Positions 1 to 11,324 of a stretch of 64,000 bases of DNA are shown here, piece by piece; the first letter of the stretch is position 1, and each line of letters starts with the position of its first letter. The notes under the pieces are model-generated. The model ran no database searches. It was not told where the DNA came from and was given only the letters and a program-made list of their open reading frames with translations. The position numbers were made by a program, and so were the translations under genes. Origin of the DNA: Lama glama (taxonomy: Eukaryota); contig CM052822.1 in assembly GCA_028534125.1 (NCBI GenBank), forward strand, positions 44,268,001 through 44,332,000, in the 5' to 3' direction.

Positions 1-463
1 AGCCATTTTCAACAGAAAATAGGGACTGACGATTTCCTGTGTTCTTTAGAAGACTTTCAAAGCTTCACAGGAAGAATGAAGACTATTCTTGGCCTGAACA
101 TTTGCCCCATGGGGTGCTGGGCCCAGCCAAACAGCATTGTATTAGCAAAGGAGGGTCAAGTGAAAGGAGACCTTGTTCTTTGCCAAGCTCTCAAAGGGTA
201 GCCTGAAACCCTACTGGCCACCCAGAACCATTTTAGATGCAGTGTTTGTGGACCTGCCGAAACCTAATGCCATTCAGGCTTTCTGAAATCCTTTGGGATG
301 GGGAGAGGGAGTTGCAGTTGACATCTCCGAGAATAGAGATCTGTGAGGACACAGCATAAGGTGGGAGACTAACTGGGGGAGGTGGTAAGACACCGCCAAC
401 AAATGTCTATTTTTTGTTCTCTTTCTCTTCAAAGTGGGCCCTAATTAGCTTCCTACCTTCCAG

Positions 464-529
464 GTGTGTTGCAAGGAATAGCGTTTCACACTGGATATTT
501 ACAAGGAGACAGCAGACCACAGAAGACCT
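464..529 (+). other. Candidate 66-nt spliced exon (host transcript unknown)
   Basis: Branch-like CCCTAAT (~439-445), pyrimidine tract TTCCTACCTTCCAG, 66 nt, then donor CCT|GTGAGT. Two frames are open. Peptide not recognised. Confidence 0.3.
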
Positions 530-897
530 GTGAGTAAGGGGCTGGCTCTCACCCAAGTGTGGGGTACTGAACTATGTCTAGCAGGGACTTACAACTTATT
601 TCCCCTCATTTAATTCTGTTGTCTTTGAATTTCACTGGGCTCTTTCATATTTAAATGTATGCTCCACTGGACTGCAGGCACAGAAAAGTTCCCTGTGTTT
701 TGGGAAAGCCAGTTATTTAAGCAACTTGGCAAATGGTGGGTGAAGTGATGGGTGCCATGCATGGACCCTGGAATTAATGTGAACTTTTTTCCCCTTGTGT
801 TTCAGAAGTCAAGGAATAAATATTTTATCTGGGTGGGAGTAGGGGAAGCTGTCAGTTTTTTCCCCTAGGGATAAATCTCATGTGATTATACAAATAC

Positions 898-1067
898 ATG
901 TTAGCATGGTTTACTTTTCAAGCAAACAAACAAAAACAACATTTTAGGAACACAGTTCTTTCACTCAGACACCAAAATAAAGTCCTCCTTATACCTGGTT
1001 TCTGGGTAGAGGTGTAAGAAGCTTAAGGTGGCATTATCTTTCCCAAGCCTCTACTTCATTAGTGCTT
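898..1067 (+). repeat. Local direct duplication, copy 1 (likely donor)
   Basis: Matches 2578-2762 with 4 substitutions and one 15-nt indel. Confidence 0.95.
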
Positions 1068-1359
1068 AGACTTTATCCCTGGTAGTCATGTTTGGAGGAT
1101 GGAGTAGAGGCCACTGATGCAAGCTCACTTCTGTTAGCTGTTCACTCAGACGGGACTGACCCAGGTATAACCCATGTCCTAAAGAGGAAAATAGCTTTCT
1201 CTCCAAGTTGTACTATGAGAACTGATGAATTCATCCTACCAAATGTGAACATTTTGAAAGTGTTCAAACTGGGGAGAATTCCTGTTTATCAAGGGAGAGA
1301 AAACTCACTTGGAAATTGAAGCAAGGAAACAAAATCAGAGAAAAGTGCAGCAACAAATC

Positions 1360-1472
1360 TTTGTTGAGTCCCTCCTATATGCCACATACAGAGTTCACAT
1401 AGATTCTTAGTTAAAGCTCAGTAGAATTCTGTGATGTGGCCATTTTAACCCCTTATTAAAAACAAGGAGACT
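1360..1472 (-). mobile_element. MIR SINE fragment, truncated by L1
   Basis: TTGTTGAGTCCCTCCTATATGCC...CATTTTAACCCC...AAGGAGACT resembles the reverse MIR consensus. Confidence 0.55.
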
Positions 1473-1473
1473 A

Positions 1474-1958
1474 GAATGGATAAAGAAGATGAGGTATATA
1501 TATAGTCAATGGAATACTACTCAGCCATGAAGAAGAACGAAATAATGCCATTTGCAACAACATGAATGGATCTGGAGATTATCATACTAAGTGAAGTAAG
1601 ACAAAGAAAAATATATGATATCACTAATATGTGGAATCTTAAAAAATGTTACAGATGAACTTATTTACAAAACAGACTCTCAGACATAGAAAACAAACTT
1701 ACGCTTGCTAAAGGGGAAAAGGGGGGGGGATAAATTAGGAGTTTAGGATTAACAGATGCACACTACTATATATAAAATAAACAAGGACCTACTGTATTGC
1801 ACAGGGAACTATATTCAATATCTTGTAGTAACCTATAATGGAAAAGAATCTGAAAAAGACTATAAAAAACTGAATCACTTTGCAATAGACCTAACACTAA
1901 CATAGCATTGTAAATCAACTATACTTCAATTTAAAAAAAGGAAAAAGCAAAAAAAAAA
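1474..1958 (+). mobile_element. LINE-1 3' end, cetartiodactyl type, 5'-truncated
   Basis: ORF2 C-terminal motif (GAATGGATAAAGAAGATG...ATGGAATACTACTCAGCCAT), 3'UTR AACAAGGACCTACTGTATTGCACAGGGAACTATATTCAATA, and an A-rich tail. Confidence 0.92.
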
Positions 1959-1990
1959 GCTAAAATTTCACTGTACAATTATATAATATT

Positions 1991-2485
1991 TGTATTATCC
2001 ATTGCTGTATGCAAAGCAACAACTGCCCAACCTTAGTAACAGTAATTTAAACTGTAATAATAACATTTGTTATCTTAATTTCTGCAGGTCAGGAATTAAC
2101 TGGATGGTTCTGGATGGGGAATGGCATTAAAGATGTTGGCTTAGGGCTATAGTCATCTGAGGGCTTGACTGGAGCTGGAGGGCCTGCTTACAATATGGCT
2201 CAGTCCAATCACTGGCAAGTTTATGTCAGGAGGCCTCAGTCCCTTACTACATGAAACTCTCCATAGGGCTGCTTGAATGTCCTTGTGACACAGGGACAGA
2301 TTTCCTCCCAGAACAAGTGATTCAAGAGAGAACAAGGTGTAAGCTACAATGTCTTTTATGACCTAGCTTTGGAAGTCACACAATGTCATTTCTGCAATAT
2401 GCTTTTTATTGTTGATGCAGTTCAACCCTGTTCAATTTGGGAGACAGCTGTACAAAGGCTGGAGTACTAGGGGGCTGCTACCACG
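1991..2485 (-). mobile_element. MaLR LTR (MLT1 family, F/G/H-like)
   Basis: Starts TGTATTATCC. Contains GTCATCTGAGGGCTTGACTGGAGCTGGAGG and TTTTATGACCTAGCTTTGGAAGTCAC, typical of reverse MLT1. Confidence 0.8.
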
Positions 2486-2489
2486 ACAT

Positions 2490-2577
2490 ACTATCTATTT
2501 TCTGGTTAATAAACAGATTTTCATTTTTATAAACAATGCTGCAGTGAACATTTCTTTACACATTTTCCTGCCCAAAT
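2490..2577 (-). mobile_element. Old L1 fragment (host of duplication copy 2)
   Basis: ATAAACAATGCTGCAGTGAACATT motif. Apparent continuation AGTTTCTGTAGG after 2767. Confidence 0.6.
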
Positions 2578-2762
2578 ATGTTGGCGTGGTTTACTTTTCA
2601 AGCAAACAAACAAAAACAACAATGTCGTAGTTAACATTTTAGGAACACAGTTCTTTCACTCAGACACCAAAATAAAGTCCTCCTTAGACCTGGTTTCTGG
2701 ATAGAGGTGTAAGAAGCTTAAGGTGGCATTATCTTTCCCAAGCCTCTACTTCATTAGTGCTT
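2578..2762 (+). repeat. Local direct duplication, copy 2
   Basis: Near-identical to 898-1067. Carries an extra AATGTCGTAGTTAAC. Confidence 0.95.
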
Positions 2763-3675
2763 CATTAGTTTCTGTAGGCTCATGTATCAGCATTGAACAG
2801 AGCCAACAAATCTGTGGCTTTTAGATTCTTAAGCTTCTGTCAAGGTTTCTGGGAGGCATCATGCAGAATGTTCTATCCACCGCCCCCTCCCTACTCAGAT
2901 CAGATGACCCCACAGGCCCGACCCACGGCCTTAGTTAACTCCAGGCTTACATCTTTCTCGTTTCAATCAGAGAAGAGAGCAGGAGCTCTCTCCTTGCTTG
3001 AAAACTTGAAAAAGCTCAGGGAAGAACTACAATAGGCCCCCATAGGGTGGGTGGCACAGCCGTGGTCACAGGTAACCGCTGTGAGCTAGACCACAGCCCT
3101 GCTCGCCTGCACACATGGGTAAGTGGGATACCAGCTCTGCAGCCAACCTGGGCCTTTGAATCAGCACAACCTACCCACACCCTACACTCCAGTTCTGGGA
3201 TTTGGCCTGTGCTAGCTGGTGTGGAGCTCCACCCGGCCTACAGCCTTCACACTCAGGCAGCCCCTGAACCGTGGCTCTCGTGAGGCTGTCCCTCTTTCCC
3301 TCCCTCTGCTGCCTGCCCTGGGCCAGAGTTTACCCTGGTTCCTACCCTGTAGGCCATGGATGAACCCAAAGCCCACATCTCAGCACTTCTCTCCTCCCAG
3401 GGCTGTCTTCCTGTTGGTACGCCCAACATTGTCAAATACTTCCTCCCCATTCATAGATTTGTAATGAACTTTTTTTTTCTGATTTTTATCTTGGCAAATA
3501 CTTTTTTCCTGATCCATTTTTGAGTCATTTGCAGCCCCATACCCCTTATATTGAATAGGTGTATATTGCCCAGAAACAAGGAAATTCTAATATAATAAGA
3601 GTATAATAATCAAAATTTGATGAAATTTAATAAGCTCTTAATAAAACTTAAAAACATTCAGAGATCCTCTGTCAG

Positions 3676-3741
3676 ATCACTCGCCAAGTTGATGTGAGGA
3701 GGCCTCAGTCCCTCGTTACATGGACCTGCTTGAGCGTCCTT
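3676..3741 (-). repeat. Short MLT1-derived fragment similar to 2208-2284
   Basis: Shares the exact 17-mer AGGAGGCCTCAGTCCCT and flanking similarity on both sides. Confidence 0.7.
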
Positions 3742-3979
3742 ATCTTCAAGTATATATTTGTGTGTTCATATTTATATACATTGTATTTTGTATTATGGCC
3801 CAAAGCTCCCAATTCTGGCTGCTGTGCTTGCATATTCCTTCAAATAAATTTAAAAGGGATCAACTCAGCATTCCTGGGCCTGGACCTCTTCAGCCCCAAT
3901 AAACCCTGTCAGTTGATTGGATGGGATCAGGGGCCAGGTTGACACCTGAATCTAGGGTCCAGGCTCTCAGTTCACTTTT

Positions 3980-4110
3980 NNNNNNNNNNNNNNNNNNNNN
4001 NNNNNNNNNNNNNNNNNNNNNNNNNNNNNNNNNNNNNNNNNNNNNNNNNNNNNNNNNNNNNNNNNNNNNNNNNNNNNNNNNNNNNNNNNNNNNNNNNNNN
4101 NNNNNNNNNN
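3980..4110. other. Assembly gap
   Basis: Run of N. Confidence 1.
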
Positions 4111-4502
4111 CTCCGAGCAAGGGATGGTCAGGGGCATGGGTGTATGTTCCCGCTCTTTGCAGAAGCATGATGAACCTGCCCTTCAGAAGCCCAGGCTTCT
4201 GAGAGAAACCTTCACGAAGCACGCAGTGGGGACACTCCGCTCAAGGCCACAGTCGTAGAAAATTGGGTGTAGTCAACATTTCTTCCCCTCTCAAGGCCCA
4301 GCAATGGTCAACACTCTCAGGCTCCTTTCTCCCATGTCCTACGCGGTGCCTTATGTGTCTCGCGCTCTGCTCCTAGACTTCTGCTTTTGGCAGAGTAAGG
4401 CAGGAGTCCTCCACCACCTCCCAGGGGCTTTGAAGATTAAAGCAGCAGTAGTTGGTGGCCCCAGCCTGGCCCCACTGCTGCTGGGGAATGCAGGCTCCTC
4501 TT

Positions 4503-4518
4503 CGCCCCCTGGTGGCCA
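4503..4518 (-). promoter_or_regulatory. CTCF motif (consensus match)
   Basis: Reverse complement reads TGGCCACCAGGGGGCG, the canonical CTCF core. Confidence 0.65.
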
Positions 4519-4944
4519 TAGACACCCACTCAGGGCCCGGCCCCCCATGCAAATAGCCTGTGTGGCCACCCCGCGCTGGTCCAGCCCTTCTCTCTGGGGC
4601 CTCCCATCTCCTGAGGTCAAGCAGGAGCTAGAATCTATGGGGACATTCCCTACCTTACTCCCAGGGGCCTCCATTCAAATGTCAGTGGTGGGAGGTGGCC
4701 GTTGGGACAGAAGGTGGCAGCATCTCCACGCATACTCCGACCCTACCCCAGGAGGTGGCCTTCCAGGGACCTCCCCAGAGCACCAGCCGCCCCTGAATTC
4801 CACTCAACAGATGGACTTTATTTTGTATCAAAAATGTAAGACCTATTATTTATATTTATTTAGGGAAGAGTTTTAAGAACGTTACAAAAGCTACTTAGAC
4901 TCCTGAAACAGAATATACCAACCAAACAAAACTAACAATTTAAA

Positions 4945-5560
4945 TATTCTTCAAAATGTTAAACATAAAATTACCATATGACCCAGAAATTCCACTTCTG
5001 GGCATACACCCAAAAGAAGTAAAAGCAGGGGACTAAAGCAGATATTTGCACATCTGTGTTCATAGCAGCATTATTCACAATAGTCAAAAGGTGGAAGCCA
5101 CTGAAGTGTCCATGACAGATGAATGGATAAATAGAATGTGGTGTATACATACAGTGGACTATTCATCAGCCATAAAAAGAAAGGGAATTCTGACACAGGA
5201 TACAACATAGATGAACATGCTTAGTGAAAAAGGCTAGACAGCAAACACAAAAGGACAAATGTGTGATTCCACTTATACGAAATACCTAGAATAGGCAAAT
5301 TATAGGGACAGAAAGTAGACCAGGTGTTACTGGGCCCTGAGGGGAGGGAAAATGGGGAGTTATTGCCTAATGGGTAAAGAGTTTTTATTTGAAATCTTGA
5401 AAAAAATTTTTTTTTAGATTTTGAAAATGTTCGAAAATGGTAGTGATGGCTGCATATTGTGAATGTAATTAATGTCACTGAATTATACACTTAAAATGGT
5501 TAAAATGAAAATTTTAATGTTATGTATATTTTTTAAAATAAGAAAAAAAGAGAAAAGAGA
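4945..5560 (+). mobile_element. LINE-1 (L1MB-like) ORF2 end plus 3'UTR
   Basis: TTACCATATGACCCAGAAATTCCAC, GTTCATAGCAGCATTATTCACAATAG, CACTGAATTATACACTTAAAATGGTT, and an A-rich end. Confidence 0.92.
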
Positions 5561-5772
5561 AGAAGCATTGAGTTTACCTCTCTACCTACCATTCTACCTC
5601 CCCAAGGCCAGGAGCAATCAAGTAATTAAACTGGAGTCTGGAATCATGTAAATGGAAGGGGTTGGGTTTGAGCTGATTGCAAACCATGCAAGATCACTAT
5701 GGACAGCCTGTCTCTAAGCAGCCAGCCGCCACAGTGGTTCAAGTGCCTCCCACACCCTCACATCTCCCTGGG

Positions 5773-5787
5773 AGCGCCATCTGGTGA
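5773..5787 (-). promoter_or_regulatory. CTCF motif
   Basis: Reverse complement reads TCACCAGATGGCGCT. Confidence 0.5.
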
Positions 5788-7096
5788 GTTATCACGTCTT
5801 CATCCTTCTCCCTTTGCTTTCCAGTGGGACTGACCTTCACCTGGGCCTGTTCTGAACTTTAGTAAACTGGCCCCAAGTTTCCCCAAGATGGAGAGTGACA
5901 GTGGCTGTTCTAGAACCCAGTGCAGCTGGTTCAAAGCCCGATGAGCACAATGGGCAGGACGCTCTGGTGGCCTCCCAGAGGCCCCTTGCTGCTCCTTAGG
6001 CCCCATGGCTGGGACCATCATGATCACCTCATCTTCAGAGACCTTCCCGTCCACTCCAGCCCCTCCCCATGCCCTGCCCCTCTGAAATCTCAAGCTCTTT
6101 CTCCCCATCCCATCACTGTCTCTACCCACTCCTGGTCTTACCTCAGAGACTCCACACTCTGCCTCACCTCCCTCCCTCCCCAACCCTGTGAGCACTGCCC
6201 AACAGGCACATCAAACTTCTGCTTATGTCTCCAAAAATTGGGGAAGGGGAAACGTTTGAAGTTTGATATATTTTTTAAAGATATCAAGTTACTTATCATG
6301 GGAAACTAGGATTTTGTCAGAATCCTGGATTGTGTTGCACCTGTTTACAGCTTTAAATTGTTTTTATTTTGAAAGGGAAGGTGGGGGGGTGCTAGTCTTT
6401 AAAGGTTTACAGCCTCTACACACCTTGATTTGTCCCTGCACAGCCTGCCTGGTGGTGGGTCTTCTCCCTCCTGCTTCTTGCTTATTCTCATGGGGGCCTG
6501 AACATCACAAGGAAGCCAGATCTGAGAGGAGCCGGGAGAGCAGGAGGTGGAAGGAAACTGCAGCCTGTCCCAGGAGTTGGCTGTCTTTGCAATGCAGTGT
6601 TGGGCAGCCCAAATGCCCACTGGAAACACTTAAGAGGAATGGGACTGGGTCAGGGGAGGATGACCCCCCCTAGTGGTGCCCATTTGGGGCAGTGGTCAAG
6701 GACAGTAGGGCATCAGCTTTCTGGTAACTGGAGAAGGGGAGACACCGACCTCTCCTCGGAGTCTCAGCCTGGCTAGGTGGGAGTAGACATTAGGACTTGG
6801 AGTCCCCAGTGACCTTCCCATGTCCTTGGGGGACAGGGGGCTTTTCTGGAAAAGGGGTTTGACACACACTCATGTGCTCTTCCTGGAGTTGTGCCAGCAC
6901 AGTGGGCCCTCGCAGGGTTATTTTGGCCACTTGAAAAGCCTGCTGACCTTACCTGGCAGGTAGTCTGGTTATAGGAATGGATGTCCTGTCTGCCCTCACC
7001 CTGTGCCCTGCCTCCTTCTCTGGAGAAGATGAAGGGTGGGTGGCAAGTGTGTGCCAGGACCTCTCCTTCCAGAGCTGGGAACCCAGCTCCCAGTGG

Positions 7097-7112
7097 GCAC
7101 CAGGGGGCAGCA
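7097..7112 (+). promoter_or_regulatory. CTCF motif
   Basis: GCACCAGGGGGCAGCA. Confidence 0.5.
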
Positions 7113-7299
7113 CTGTCCCGCAACAGGCTCCTTCCCCTCACCGGCCTCAGCAGCTGGAGGGGCACTAAGTTCCTGGAGCTATATTAATGGTTTTGGGTCT
7201 TAAGAAATAAAAGGCATTTTGAGGGCCATGAACTTGGTGCATGTCCTTATAGCAGCAGGTAGAAAAACTTGGTCTGAGGGGAAAAGCATGAGACAGGTT

Positions 7300-7400
7300 C
7301 TGCTCTCCAGCTCTCTGGTGGAAAACAAGCCTTTCATCCTCTCTTTGCCTCAGTTTCTCCATCTGCCAGACTGGAACAATCTCTTCCCCACCCACAACTT
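7300..7400 (+). mobile_element. MIR fragment
   Basis: Core CTCTTTGCCTCAGTTTCTCCATCTG. Confidence 0.55.
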
Positions 7401-8189
7401 AAGGAATTCTTGCACCAAAAGGGTCAATGATGGGAAATGATTCCCCCATATTCAAAGCAGTCAGCCCATGGTCGCGGGCATTTCTACAGTGAAGAAATGT
7501 GCCGGTGTCACCCCTTTACAAGTGGACTCATAAGTCCACCCTTTGAAATTAATTTTCCAGAGTTGGAAACATGTGGCAGGTGAGTGAGGCTTCCGGCTTC
7601 CACAAGTTGACACAGCCAAGGGACCTTGGGTGGGCTGGCAGAGCAACAAACCAGTTTGGCCTCAAAGGAAATGATGACCCACAGAGTCAAGGTTGAAGCT
7701 GGCCAGTGGAGACCTCACAGCAATTGGGAGTCTCTCTCGGGGATGCAGCGGAGGGGTAGTTTATGGTACCCGCTGTTGGATGTCCAGTGCAGGGCCTTCC
7801 CTTTGCTGTCTAGTTCTATCGCTGAACACAAACAATCCCCCTGAAAGTGAGAGGAGGGAGAAGAAGCAGGAGACCAATTTCCTGGTGACTGAACCTCTTG
7901 TCCACCGTTTTTGAAAGAGCCTGGTCCTGCTCACCCCAGGAAGGCAGTGAGGCCAGGGCTGCACAAGACATGACAGGATGAATTTCTGGAGCTTTAGAAG
8001 AGCCTGGGAGGGGCAGGCAGAATGCACTGGATAATCCAGCAAGTCACCCTTACTGTTAGACAAAGGGAGGCTCAGCAGATGGTATCAGTTTTCTAAAAGG
8101 CGTCAGGGAATAGAAGTCCATTCAGCCCAGAGTATTTACACAAATCTCAACCACGTGCATCAGGTAAGTGCCCATCCTGGCTCTACTAC

Positions 8190-8378
8190 CTGATTCTGAG
8201 CAAGTCCCCTGACTTTTTTTTTTTTTTTTAAGTCTCACCTTCCTCATTTGGAGAAGGGAGACTGTTGTCTCTTCCTTGCAGCCTCGTTGTGAAGATAAAA
8301 TGAGCTTGCTTCTATCAAGTGTCTCACAGAGCATCTAGAGTGCAGTAAGTGCTCAGTAAGTATCAGTAAGTGCTCAGG
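8190..8378 (+). mobile_element. MIR fragment with short tandem-amplified tail
   Basis: TCTCACCTTCCTCATTTG...GTTGTGAAGATAAAATGAG...; tail has three (CAGTAAGTGCT)-like units. Confidence 0.5.
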
Positions 8379-9248
8379 ATGCTGGGTGAAAAGTTGAGAA
8401 ATTTGGGTTGTTTAGTTTTCTGGATGTTGTCTTTAAGTAATTCTGTTCATTCTTGTAGAGTGGGACAGAGTAGGCTTAGGACTAATTAGGAGAAAATGAA
8501 AGCTTTGTACTTCTTCCAGGAAGAGAACCAGACTTCGCTATTCTTAAGATCTTGACCCCTCCTTACATTCAGAAAGCCTCTGTGGTTTCAAGGCTGCTGC
8601 CCTGTCATGGCACAAAGGGGCAGAATGTATGTGTTGTGTTTTGGAGGCTTGAAAAGGGGACAGTGGCCTGAGCCTGCCACCTGTCTCCTGGGGGCTGGGA
8701 GAAGCAGCCTTAAGCATCGCCTGTGGGGGCGATGGCTCCAGGGCACTGTGGGCCTGTGTGGAGGGCCCTCCCCAGGGGAGGCAGGAGGCCAGTGACTGTG
8801 TGCTATGGGGTGAGGCTGCAGTGCTGCCCAGATGGGGGAGCCACCCTGACCTGGACACCTGGAGGACCTCTCTGGGGCTGTGGGACCCCCACCCCCACCC
8901 AGATTTTTTGGGGATCCAAAGGGGGAGCCTGATTTTTAAGGCCTCCCAGTCTGTGGATGGTTCATAATAAATCAGAGTGGGAAAATCTGACCTTATTTGC
9001 ATTTTGGGAGAGTAATTCCTTGTGAGTGAAAATGCAAAGGTGATATGGTTAACATTTTTTCGGGTCTCGGAATCTCAGCAGATCAGCACCAGACAAAATT
9101 GCTGCAGTGTGCTTTTTCATCTGGTGGTTTTGGTTTTCTTGATGTCATGCTGATAGAGGCCCGAGGACAACAAACCATATACACACAGCAAACAGAGAGG
9201 GCCAAGGGGAAAAGGCAAGAAACAGAACGTCGTCTAAAGCCCACTACC

Positions 9249-9485
9249 GGGTGGGAAGGGACAGACTGGGAGTTCGAAATCTGTAGGTACTGACAGGCAT
9301 ATGCAGAATAGGTAAACAAAATTACACTGTATAGCACAGGGAACTATATGCAAGATCTTATGGTAGCTCACAGCGAAAAGTGACAATGAATATATGTATG
9401 TTCATGTATAACTGAAAAATTGTGCTCTACACTGGAAATTGAAACAGCATTGTAAACTGACTATAACTCAATTAAAAAAAGTGAA

Positions 9486-9524
<39 letters not shown>

Positions 9525-9560
9525 GAAGAAAAAAAAATAAAACAACCCCCCAAAATAAAT
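9249..9560 (+). mobile_element. Young camelid-type LINE-1 3' end with perfect target-site duplication
   Basis: L1 3'UTR with (TAAA)n/A tail, flanked by TAAAGCCCACTACC at 9235-9248 and 9560-9573. Same family as the L1 at 59050-59575. Confidence 0.93.
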
Positions 9561-11324
9561 AAAGCCCACTACCATTTATATGGACTCACACACATGTGAA
9601 CACACAAGGGCACTGCACGTCATACACTCAAGAATACGTCTCACACGGGTGAAGGAGGTGGGTGTGGGGACAGAAGGGAATCCATTGGTAAAGAAAAGAC
9701 ATCAAGAGAGGGCCACCTGCCCTGGCAGGGATGCCTAGGTCCTGAGGTGGGGAGGGTGACGAGGGCAGCTCTGCAGGGGCTATCCAGTGAGTTGAGGGAC
9801 AGCAAAAATCACGGGCCTGAACCATGGAGGTTCTGCACAGACGCCATCAAACCAACAGGCAATGCCACGAGGCTTCAGGGGATGCGCTGGACGCACAGGG
9901 AGCTCTCCAGGCCTGTGTCTGCCCTTCTGCTCACCCTGAGGGGCCTGTGTTGACTCACTCAGACCCTGGCATCTGGGTGGATTCATGTGGGCTCACCTGG
10001 CAATTTCTCAGGTTCCCATAAACACAAACGGCCCATGTCTAACAGGAATTTCCTCTTTCATTTCCTTCAGGATTGATATTAAAAGTAAATTTATCTACTT
10101 GAAGTGTAGAACTTTACACACCCCCATTGAGAAAAGTCTCTTTTTCTGTGGTCCAAAGTCTATCAGGCTTTGAGGTTTTACAGAAGAACCAGAACTGAGG
10201 GCCAGGCCACACCTGGCTGCTGACTCTTAAGTGACGAGAGAGCCTGTGGATTGTCCCAGTTGGGGAGATGGTGGGGGGTGACTGTAGTGCTGGTGATAGT
10301 ACACAGATGCCAGTGACACAGCTTCTTCCAAGGAGGTCCATTAGGGACTGAGTGCCTTGCAGAAACCCCAACCTCTTTCTCAAGGAAGTGGTTAAATGTC
10401 AATTATGATGCAATCAGTGTAATAGTTTACCTGGTTGAAAATCCTGCTCTTGAACCCTTTTTATTGGCATAGGGAAATGTTAATGTCACATCCATTCAAA
10501 TAATACTTAGCCGGTGCCTCTGTGGCAGAAGCCCAGCTGATTAGACAGAGGAGCAGAAGCACAAACAGGCGACATATGTTTCTACTGGAAATAACTCTCT
10601 TTTGCAGAAAAAATTTTTTTCCATCCCATAGCTAATTGGCCTTTTTTTCAGACCTCACGTGCCAGAAGAGATCACCCTTGAATCACAAACTTTGCAATGT
10701 CTGAAGCTCAGCAAGTCCTGAGCGCAGCAGAAGAGCTCTGGCCCAGAAAACTGCGGGTGATTGCAGGGATCTGGGGTCCAGAGTCCTGGGTTGGGGACCA
10801 CAGCGTTTCCCCGACAGGGTGCGCACGGAGGCCGTGCCTTCCTGCCTCTTCTCATCGTGGTCCCAAGATCCTGGTCAAGCACAGTCTCAGGACCCTCGGC
10901 TATGGATTAAAGAGTACCAGAAAAACTAGGCATTTGGCGTATCTGGACATTTGAAAAAGTCCAGGAAATCCAAGCAGCCCCTGCAACCCCAGTTTCCACC
11001 CAGGAGGAAAGACACCTGGGGCAGAGTGGTAGAGGGAGCGTGGGATGCCGCACTCCACCGTGGCCCTCTTAGGTAGCCGGGCTCCTCTGCTTTTCACCGC
11101 AATTAGAGAGTTCAGCCTACTTAGATCTCTGTGACAGAAATCTGAGGTTGGAGGCATCATAACAGGTGACCCGAAAGGGGCATTGCTGGTGACACTACTG
11201 ACCAAGTGGAAGGAGGAAACTTTCTAAGCTCCTTGAAGGATTCAGCCAGGGTGAGTCCTGTGCCTGCCTAACACCACGTGTCCGATGGAAATAATAAAGG
11301 AACTTGGTGACAAGAGGAGAGAGA

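Noticed and set aside
4165-4203. C-box ATGATGA followed by D-box CTGA
   Set aside because: Only ~35 nt apart with no terminal stem; too short for a C/D snoRNA.
4304-4876. Longest ungapped ORF (190 aa)
   Set aside because: Pro/Gly/Leu-rich with no recognisable homology and an antisense ORF overlapping it. Explained by high GC content.
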